A stretch of DNA of 64,000 nucleotides, taken from NCBI GenBank assembly GCA_021325135.1, contig JAJPHT010000020.1, positions 23,377 to 87,376 of the forward strand, read 5' to 3'. Below the pieces are notes generated by a model. That model worked only from the letters and a program-made list of their open reading frames with translations, did no database searches and had not been told where the DNA came from. Position 1 is the stretch's first letter; each line of letters begins with the position of its first letter. The position numbers were made by a program, and so were the translations under genes. The DNA is from Pseudomonadota bacterium. Its GTDB lineage: Archaea; Thermoplasmatota; SW-10-69-26; JACQPN01; JAJPHT01. This document shows, one piece after another, positions 1 through 6,574 of the stretch.

Positions 1-1
1 C

Positions 2-676
2 GTGACGGGGCCGCGCCCCGGCATGCTGCCCGACCTCGTGATCAACTCCCTGGACGCGGGCAGCAACGTCAAGGCGGGCGACCGCCCCACCTTCCGCGTG
101 GCCGTCCAGAACCAGGGCAACGCCACCGCCAACGGCACCGTCGTGCGCCTCTACGTCGACGGCCAGGCCGTGGGCGACGTCGTCATCCCCACGCTCTACC
201 AGGGCACGACGCTGGGCGGCGCGGTCGCCAACTGGACCGCCACCGAGGGGCCGCACACCCTCCTGGCCGTCGCCGACCCGGACGGCGCCATCGCGGAGCT
301 CAACGAGGCGAACAACAACCGCACGGTGAACTTCACCGTCGCCCCGGCCAGCGGCATCGACCTCGTGCCCACGTCGCTCTACCCGACGCCTGCGTACCCC
401 TCCGCAGGCTACCCGGCGACGTTCAGCGCGAACGTGCGCAACCAGGGCGACACCCCCTCGACGTCCTTCTACGTCCGCTTCCTCGTGGACGGCGTCGCCG
501 TCGGGGCCGACAAGCTCGTGCCCGCCCTCCAGGCCGGCGGCTCGACCACCGTGACCAGCGACTCGTGGATCGCGACCCGCGGCACGCACACGGTGACGGT
601 CGTGGTGGACAGCGGCAACAACGTGGGCGAGACGCACGAGGACAACAACTCGCTCTCGACGAGCGTCGTGGTGTGA
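2..676 (+). CDS. CARDB-domain surface protein, C-terminal fragment (5' end outside window)
   Basis: ORF is open at the window edge. Two tandem ~110-aa units carry CARDB-like strands (VQNQGNATA...LYVDG / VRNQGDTPS...FLVDG) and each ends in an NEANNN / HEDNNS motif. Confidence 0.7.
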   Translation: MTGPRPGMLPDLVINSLDAGSNVKAGDRPTFRVAVQNQGNATANGTVVRLYVDGQAVGDVVIPTLYQGTTLGGAVANWTATEGPHTLLAVADPDGAIAELNEANNNRTVNFTVAPASGIDLVPTSLYPTPAYPSAGYPATFSANVRNQGDTPSTSFYVRFLVDGVAVGADKLVPALQAGGSTTVTSDSWIATRGTHTVTVVVDSGNNVGETHEDNNSLSTSVVV

Positions 677-692
677 GGCCGCCTCGGGGCTG

Positions 693-2264
693 CTACTCCA
701 CGCCCTTCGCCACGTAGGGCCCCAGGCGGGAGTAGCCCAGCTTCGCGTAGTAGGGCCGCACGCCGACGCCCGCCGTGACCACCACGCGCGAGAGGCCGCG
801 CTCGCGGGCCAGGTCCTCGGCCTCGCGCACGAGGCGCGCGCCGTGGCCCTGGTGCTGGTGCGCGCCCTCGCGGTGGTCGCCGATGGGCACCTCGCTGCCG
901 AAGACCTTCAGCTCGCGCAGGAGCAGCGCGCCCCGGCACTCGGGGCGGTGCGCGAGGGGCGAGGGCTCGCGCAGGCGCACGAAGCCCACGAGGATGTCCT
1001 GCTCCACGTCCTCCAAGGCCAGGAAATGCTCCGTGCCGCCGGCGCTGGGGTAGCTCTGGCGCGTGAGCGTGATAGCAGCCGGCTCGCGCCCCTCCTTGTT
1101 GGCGACGTGGCCCGCCTCGCGGCAGCGGATGCAGCGGCAGCGCGTCCCGCGGCGCGCCATCTCGGCGTGGACCAGCTCGCGGAGATTGAGCTTCTTGACG
1201 CCCGCCTCGATGCGCGGCGTGGGGATGTCGCGGTCGATGCGCTGGATGCGCATCCACGGGGGCGTCTCCGCCTTGGCCTCCGCGAGGAGGTCCGCGCAGG
1301 CCTCCTCCGCGAGGGGCTCGAACCTCCCGGCCTTCCACATGCGGTGGAGCGCCGTGCCCTCGATGACGAGGGTGGGGTAGATCTTCAGCATGTCCGGCGC
1401 GAAGCGCGGGTCCGCGAACATGGCGCGCAGCGTCGCGAGGTCGCGCTCGCGGCTGCTCCCCGGCTGGCCGGGCATGACGTGGGCGCACAGCTTGAGCCCC
1501 GCGTCCTTCACCACCTGGAACGCCTCCACCGTCTCCTTCATGGTGTGCCCGCGGTGCGTGAGCCTGAGCACGTCGTCGAAGACCGTCTGCACGCCAAGCT
1601 CGTAGCGCGTGCAGCCCAATTCCAGCGAGAGGTCGACGTGGGGCGAGAGCGCCCAGTCGGGCTTCGTCTCGATGGTCAGGCCGATCATGCGCGACGGCGC
1701 CGACTCGTTGAGCGCCTGCGCCTCGGCGAGGGAGGCGCTCTCGCGGCCGTTCATGGCGTCCAGCGCGCGCTGCACGAACCAGCGCTGATAGCTTTCGTCG
1801 CGCGCCGTGAACGTGCCGCCCTGGACGATGAAGTCCACCTTGTCGGTGGGGTGGCCCGTCTTGTGGAGGTCCGCGAGGCGGCCCGCGGTCTGCCCGTGGG
1901 GATCGAAGCCGTGGCGCGCGGCGCGGCGCGCGGCGGGCTCGTCGCCGGTGTAGCTCTGCGCGGTGCCGAAATCGGGGCCGCCGGGGCAGTACGTGCACTT
2001 CCCGTGCGGGCACGCCTCGGGGCTCGACTGCACGGTGACGATGGTCACGCCGCTGATGCTGCGCGTGGGCCGGATTCTCAGCGCGGGCTCGACGACCCGG
2101 CGCTCCTCGGGCGTCGCGGCGGCGAGGATGTCCGCGTTGCTGGGCAGCCGCGCGACGCCAAGCTCGGAGGCGAGGCGGATCTTCGCGTTCTGCACCGCGG
2201 CGCGGTCCAGGGCGCCCGAGAGGATGCCCTCCACGATGCGGCGCGCGAGGACCTGCTCGCTCAT
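693..2264 (-). CDS. elp3: Elp3-type radical SAM/GNAT tRNA uridine(34) modification enzyme
   Basis: Full-length radical SAM plus C-terminal GNAT acetyltransferase architecture (CPHGKCTYCPGG cluster, ...YYAKLGY tail). Start taken at MSEQVLARR (ATG at 2264); the upstream part of track ORF 693..2723 is low-complexity and overlaps the PRC-barrel gene. Confidence 0.85.
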   Translation of the reverse strand: MSEQVLARRIVEGILSGALDRAAVQNAKIRLASELGVARLPSNADILAAATPEERRVVEPALRIRPTRSISGVTIVTVQSSPEACPHGKCTYCPGGPDFGTAQSYTGDEPAARRAARHGFDPHGQTAGRLADLHKTGHPTDKVDFIVQGGTFTARDESYQRWFVQRALDAMNGRESASLAEAQALNESAPSRMIGLTIETKPDWALSPHVDLSLELGCTRYELGVQTVFDDVLRLTHRGHTMKETVEAFQVVKDAGLKLCAHVMPGQPGSSRERDLATLRAMFADPRFAPDMLKIYPTLVIEGTALHRMWKAGRFEPLAEEACADLLAEAKAETPPWMRIQRIDRDIPTPRIEAGVKKLNLRELVHAEMARRGTRCRCIRCREAGHVANKEGREPAAITLTRQSYPSAGGTEHFLALEDVEQDILVGFVRLREPSPLAHRPECRGALLLRELKVFGSEVPIGDHREGAHQHQGHGARLVREAEDLARERGLSRVVVTAGVGVRPYYAKLGYSRLGPYVAKGVE

Positions 2265-2285
2265 CGCGCCGGCCCAGGCGGCTCC

Positions 2286-2299
2286 TCCTTCAAAAGCCC
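2286..2299 (-). promoter_or_regulatory. TATA-like GGGCTTTTGAAGGA upstream of elp3
   Basis: First base is 35 nt upstream of ATG 2264 (minus strand). Confidence 0.35.
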
Positions 2300-2351
2300 A
2301 TCCGATGGCCGCGCCACAAGACGAAAACCCTGACGCCGGGCAGGAGCCGCC

Positions 2352-2657
2352 ATGAGCAGCCTCAGCGCGGACGAGATCCGGGGGCGCAACGTGGTGGACA
2401 AGGAAGGCATCCAGCTTGGCGAGGTGCGGGACGTCGTCTTCGACCCCGAGCGCTGGCGCGTCACCGGCCTCCGCGTCGGCCTCGACCGCGACATCGCGGG
2501 CCGCCTCCAGGTCGAGCGCCCGCTCCTGGGCTCGCCCGTCCTCACCTTCTCGGCGGACCGCGTGCAAGCGGTGGGCGACACGATCATCCTCAACCTGGAG
2601 GCCCAGACGATCGCGGACCTGCTGCGCGAGGGGGGTTCGGGGGGCGCAGCCCCCTGA
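2352..2657 (+). CDS. PRC-barrel domain protein
   Basis: 101-aa ORF with a typical PRC-barrel N-terminus (GRNVVDKEGIQLGEVRDVVFD...RVTGL). The last codons and the TGA lie inside a palindromic element. Confidence 0.7.
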   Translation: MSSLSADEIRGRNVVDKEGIQLGEVRDVVFDPERWRVTGLRVGLDRDIAGRLQVERPLLGSPVLTFSADRVQAVGDTIILNLEAQTIADLLREGGSGGAAP

Positions 2658-2710
2658 CGTTTTGGTCGTCTGCTGGAACGGCTCTTTCACGTCAGGGGGG
2701 CGAGCCCCCC
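2639..2710. repeat. 72-bp inverted-repeat element with GGGGGC-N-GCCCCC sub-hairpins
   Basis: GGGGGGCGCAGCCCCCTGACGT (2639-2660) and ACGTCAGGGGGGCGAGCCCCCC (2689-2710) are near-perfect inverted repeats. The element contains the PRC-barrel gene's stop codon. Confidence 0.8.
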
Positions 2711-2758
2711 TGAAACCCCCCATTTTGCGCGCGCTGCGGCGCGCGCGACGAACCGATC

Positions 2759-3433
2759 CTATTCCTCGCGCTCCATCGCCCCAAGCGCCTCGCCGAACCC
2801 GCGCACGAGCGTCTCCACGAGCTTCTCCCGCGGGACGCGGACGCCCTCCTCCCCCAGGCTCGTGACGCGCGCGCGGATCTGCGCCTCGTCCGTGCGGAAG
2901 AGGCGCGCCATGCGCGCCTCGTCGCGCTCCACGATCACGGTGCCGTGCTGGAGGAGCGCGCGGCCGTCGCGCCGCTGCGCGCCGCCGCTCACCTTGCGGC
3001 CGTTCACGACGACGTTGGTGCCCTGGCGGCGCACGTAGCAGAGCGTCTCCCGCGTGTTGTCGGGCACGCTCTCGATCTCCGCGGGCAGGCCCAGGTGCCG
3101 CAGCGCGCGCACGATGCCCTCGGACACGAACGCGAAGGAGCCCGTGATATCGCGAGGGAGCCCCGGGTGGTCAAGGGGCAGGACGACGGCGTAGGTGACC
3201 TCGCTCTCGTTGTGCAGGATCGCGCCGCCCCCCGTCGCGCGGCGCACGACGCCCAGGCCCCACGCGCGCGCCGCGTCGAGGTCCACGTCGGCCTCCGTCT
3301 GCGAGCGGCCCAGGCTCACCGCCGCCGGGCGCCACCCGTAGAGGCGGACCGTGGGGACCCCTTCCGCGAGGAGCGCCTCGTCGCGCGCCATGTTGGCGTG
3401 CGCGTCGAGGTGGCCGTCGAGGAGGAGGCGCAT
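2759..3433 (-). CDS. lipoate-protein ligase / octanoyltransferase catalytic-domain protein (BPL_LplA_LipB family)
   Basis: 224 aa from MRLLLDGHLD. Shows LYGW..AVSLGRSQ and RR.TGGGAILH motifs of LplA/LipM-type enzymes. lipA lies 2 kb away. Confidence 0.75.
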   Translation of the reverse strand: MRLLLDGHLDAHANMARDEALLAEGVPTVRLYGWRPAAVSLGRSQTEADVDLDAARAWGLGVVRRATGGGAILHNESEVTYAVVLPLDHPGLPRDITGSFAFVSEGIVRALRHLGLPAEIESVPDNTRETLCYVRRQGTNVVVNGRKVSGGAQRRDGRALLQHGTVIVERDEARMARLFRTDEAQIRARVTSLGEEGVRVPREKLVETLVRGFGEALGAMEREE

Positions 3434-3455
3434 GGCGGAGCCACGCGGGGGATTG

Positions 3456-3469
3456 GAGATGAAGGTTTG
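3456..3469 (-). promoter_or_regulatory. promoter-like motif CAAACCTTCATCTC upstream of the lipoate ligase gene
   Basis: First base is 36 nt upstream of ATG 3433 (minus strand). Confidence 0.4.
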
Positions 3470-3489
3470 CTGACTCCGGCGAGCGCGGA

Positions 3490-3711
3490 TCACTCCTGCC
3501 TCCGTCTCCATGAGATGCGCAAGCCGTCGATCTGGAACGACTCCGCGCCGCTCTTGAGCATGGCCACCAAGGCGAGGAGAATCGCGCCAAGGATGCCCAC
3601 GAGGGCCACCAAGGGCCAACCGATGATCATCATGACCACCGGAGCGGCCATTCCCAGAAGGCTCCAGGCGATTCTTCGCGGCTCGATCACGGGCATCGCT
3701 CCGGGTAACAC
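3490..3711 (-). CDS. small hydrophobic membrane protein (hypothetical)
   Basis: 73-aa ORF with two predicted TM stretches. An AT-rich TATA-like ATACATATTC (3734-3743) lies about 27 nt upstream of the ATG. Confidence 0.4.
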   Translation of the reverse strand: MLPGAMPVIEPRRIAWSLLGMAAPVVMMIIGWPLVALVGILGAILLALVAMLKSGAESFQIDGLRISWRRRQE

Positions 3712-3759
3712 GGAGCCGTGAAGGTGGGACGTGATACATATTCTCGACGTTCACGAGCG

Positions 3760-3820
3760 GATGCTATCGGACCTGGAGCGCTGTTCCCTATGATGCTTGC
3801 CATCCCATAGCATCGATGCT
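3760..3820. promoter_or_regulatory. array of GATGCT half-sites including a perfect 12-bp palindrome AGCATCGATGCT
   Basis: GATGCT occurs at 3760, 3792 and 3815, and AGCATC at 3809. 3809-3820 is a perfect palindrome. The array lies in the lower-GC spacer upstream of the candidate ncRNA and of the divergent 73-aa gene. Confidence 0.35.
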
Positions 3821-3832
3821 TCTGACGCCCGC

Positions 3833-4147
3833 GCGAGGCGATGGGGCGCTAGCCCGGGCGCTGGCCTGGAGGATCGTATCCCGCTCCGGTCCGCATATGA
3901 AAGAGCGACTTGCGCTATCATGGCGGGATGGGTGGGGCCCGCCTCAGCGAAGGCGCGCTCGGGGACGAGAGCAGCATGCCGAGGAAGGAAGCAGGCGCGG
4001 GGGAGCCCGCGATGAAGGTTGCCGCGCCTTGGGCTTCGGGGCGCCCCGTCGAAGAGCATCCTCGAAGCTCAACGGCGCGGGCCGCCCAAGGGCGGACCTT
4101 GCCGGGGGCTCCCCGGCGGCTCCCTCGGGGCCATCGCCTTGCCTCGC
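3833..4147 (+). ncRNA. candidate structured non-coding RNA (identity unverified; SRP-RNA-like GGAAGGAAGCAG motif present)
   Basis: Lies in a ~490-bp stretch without a credible ORF. Ends can pair (GCGAGG-CGATGG 3833-3844 with CCATCG..CCTCGC 4131-4147). Many nested GC hairpins, including GCGGG-GGAG-CCCGC at 3995-4008 and CCGGGG-GCT-CCCCGG at 4100-4114. Strand and ends are uncertain. Confidence 0.3.
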
Positions 4148-4206
4148 ACGCGGGGCCCAACGGGGAGGGAAGGCAAGCCCCTTGTCGTGGCGCTGCTTGA
4201 GGGTCC

Positions 4207-5508
4207 TCACCCGGCGGGGACCGGCGCGACGCCGGCGAGCACGCGCTGGGCGCCGCCGGGCGTCGCCACGACGAGGTCGCTCCCCGCGTGGGCGAGGAGC
4301 GTCGGCCCCAGGAGGCCGCCGTCGGCCACGGCGATCGTGCTCGCGGGGATGCCGAAGAGGTCGCGCAGGGTCGCGCCCAGGTCCAGCTCCGAGACGAGGA
4401 AGTCCTCGAAGCTCCCGGCGTCCTCGCTGGCGGCCTTGACGTGGAGGCGCACCGAGGACGCGGAGGTCGCGTCGCCCGTGCCGCCCACGTCGGGGAAGCC
4501 CAGGAGGAACTGCCCCGTGGAGCCCCCGGGCACCTGATCCGCCCACACGATGGGGGCCGAGCCCTCCGCCTTCTCCTGGCCCAGGGAGACGCCGCCGTCC
4601 CACGTCCCCGCGGTGACGGCGCCGGGGAAGTAGAGGCCGAAGAGGTCGCTCCAGCCGTGGGGGTAGGGCGATGCGGCGGAGAGGGTCTGGTCGCGGGCCG
4701 CGGCGGCGGGGCGCGCGTCGGGGGAGACGCTCCCCTCCACCTTGGGATCGCCGATGCGGATGGCCTCGGCGAGGGGGAAGAGGGGCAGGCCCGAGACCTC
4801 GTCGTACACGGCGACGTGGAGCCCCTGCCCGGTGGCCACCACGGGGAGCGCGATGGGGGCGCGCCCCTGCTGGGCCCGCACGAAGTCGTCCGGCGTCGCG
4901 GGGGGCGTGGCGGAGAGCTTGGGCGCCTCGGCGAGGAAGCGCAGGCCGAACGCCGCATCCGCCTGGGCCCCGCGGAGCGCGACGACCACGTGGAGGAGCG
5001 TGCCCTCCTGGCGGCCGTTCATGAAGACCTCGCCGAAGGCAGGGCTCGACCTGGCCTCGATCTTCTGGGCCTGCCCACCCAGGAGCCCCAGGGGCTCCAC
5101 GGTCCCCGAGACGCTTCCCACGCTGAGGACCTCGATGAGCTTCCCGTCCTTCTCCGCGAACGCCGCCATCATCCACGCGCTGAGGTTGCCGCCCTCGGGG
5201 AGGAGGGGGGAGACAAGGAGGTCGACGGCGTCGTACTGGTTGAAGAAGCGGTCCTTGTGGACGCTGCCCGCGGGCACCGTGACGTTGAACGCGGTGAGCG
5301 CGCCTTCGGGGGCGACGCTGGCGTTCACCACGAGCCAGTCGTCCAGCGTGGGGGCCCGGCTTGCGTTGGCGGGCGTCGCGTTGAGCCGCGCCAGGGCGGG
5401 GGGTGGGGGCTCGGAGGCCAGCGTCGGGGGCACCGAAGAGGGGGAGAGGCAGCCGGCGAGGCCGGTGCCTAGGATGGCGAGGACGGTGATCAGGGTCAGG
5501 GCACGCAC
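4207..5508 (-). CDS. putative secreted lipoprotein, unknown function
   Basis: GTG start gives VRALTLITVLAILGTGLAGC (signal peptide plus lipobox). GGAGG lies 9-13 nt upstream. The rest of track ORF 4207..5925 is upstream read-through. Confidence 0.6.
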   Translation of the reverse strand: MRALTLITVLAILGTGLAGCLSPSSVPPTLASEPPPPALARLNATPANASRAPTLDDWLVVNASVAPEGALTAFNVTVPAGSVHKDRFFNQYDAVDLLVSPLLPEGGNLSAWMMAAFAEKDGKLIEVLSVGSVSGTVEPLGLLGGQAQKIEARSSPAFGEVFMNGRQEGTLLHVVVALRGAQADAAFGLRFLAEAPKLSATPPATPDDFVRAQQGRAPIALPVVATGQGLHVAVYDEVSGLPLFPLAEAIRIGDPKVEGSVSPDARPAAAARDQTLSAASPYPHGWSDLFGLYFPGAVTAGTWDGGVSLGQEKAEGSAPIVWADQVPGGSTGQFLLGFPDVGGTGDATSASSVRLHVKAASEDAGSFEDFLVSELDLGATLRDLFGIPASTIAVADGGLLGPTLLAHAGSDLVVATPGGAQRVLAGVAPVPAG

Positions 5509-5590
5509 GGGCGAAGCCTCCAAGCGCGCCGGCCAGTCCCGCGCCCTAACAAAGGCATTTTGGCGATTGGATGCAACTCTGCGGGGGGCC

Positions 5591-5604
5591 GAAACCCTCA
5601 AGGG
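5591..5604 (+). promoter_or_regulatory. BRE/TATA-like promoter motif GAAACCCTCAAGGG upstream of lipA
   Basis: First base is 36 nt upstream of the GTG. Identical 14-mer at 15692-15705. Confidence 0.45.
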
Positions 5605-5626
5605 TGGACCCTTCGTCGCCCCAAGC

Positions 5627-6547
5627 GTGACCTCGGCCCCCGCGCAGCCCAAGCCGCGCTGGCTCGTGCGCCCCCTGCCCAGCGGGCCCAAGGTCGCGCA
5701 GATCCAGGGCCTCCTGGCCGAGCACAACCTCCACACCGTGTGCGAGGAGGCGCGCTGCCCCAACCGCGGCGAGTGCTGGAGCCAGGGCGAGGCGACGCTC
5801 ATGATCATGGGCGACACGTGCTCGCGCGGCTGCCGCTTCTGCGACGTGAAGACGGGGAGCAAGCTGGAGATGATGGCGCTCCCCCTGGACCCGCTGGAGC
5901 CCGCCAAGGTGGCGAACACCGTCAAGACGCTGGGCCTCTCCTACGCGGTCATCACCAGCGTGGACCGCGACGAATTGCCCGACCAGGGCGCGGACCACTG
6001 GGCGCGCACCATCCAGGCGTGCCGATACCTTGCGCCCGACACCGTGCTGGACGTGCTGCTGCCGGACTTCCGCGGCGAGCGGGACCTGATCCGGCGCGTC
6101 GTGGAGGCGAAGCCCCACGTCCTCGCGCACAACGTCGAGACCGTCGAGCGCCTCCAGGGGAAGGTCCGCGACCACCGCGCGAGCTATCAGCAGACCCTCG
6201 ACGTGCTGCGCGCGTTCAAGGAGATGGCGCCGCGCACGCCCACCAAGAGCGGCATCATGGTGGGGCACGGCGAGACGCGGGAGGAGCTTCTCCAGACGCT
6301 CCGGGACCTGCGCGCGGCGGGCGTCGACTTCGTGACCGTGGGCCAGTACCTCCGCCCTTCGGAGTGGCACCTGCCCGTCCAGGACTACGTCCACCCCAAC
6401 GACTTCGTGGAGATCGAGCAGGCCGCGTGGGCCCTGGGGTTCAAGCATGTCGTGGCGGGCCCTTTCGTGCGCTCCAGCTACCGGGCCTGGGAGGTCGAGC
6501 GCCTCGTGCGCGAGGCCCACGGCATGCCCGCCAGCAAGAAAGGCTAA
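5627..6547 (+). CDS. lipA: lipoyl synthase
   Basis: CEEARCPNRGEC and MGDTCSRGCRFC clusters, SVDRDEL, and the RSSY tail are diagnostic of LipA. GTG start chosen 36 nt downstream of the promoter-like motif. Confidence 0.9.
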   Translation: MTSAPAQPKPRWLVRPLPSGPKVAQIQGLLAEHNLHTVCEEARCPNRGECWSQGEATLMIMGDTCSRGCRFCDVKTGSKLEMMALPLDPLEPAKVANTVKTLGLSYAVITSVDRDELPDQGADHWARTIQACRYLAPDTVLDVLLPDFRGERDLIRRVVEAKPHVLAHNVETVERLQGKVRDHRASYQQTLDVLRAFKEMAPRTPTKSGIMVGHGETREELLQTLRDLRAAGVDFVTVGQYLRPSEWHLPVQDYVHPNDFVEIEQAAWALGFKHVVAGPFVRSSYRAWEVERLVREAHGMPASKKG

Positions 6548-6574
6548 GTGGGGCCTCCAGGCGTCCGCCTCACC

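Noticed and set aside
3833-4147. Calling the structured region RNase P RNA or canonical SRP RNA.
   Set aside because: - RNase P: no GAGGAAAGTCC (CR-I) or ACAGAA-type RNase P motifs occur on either strand.
- SRP: GGAAGGAAGCAG matches helix 8, but the conserved CAGG 5' half is missing and the GGAG hairpin follows rather than precedes it.

The region is kept only as an unassigned candidate ncRNA.
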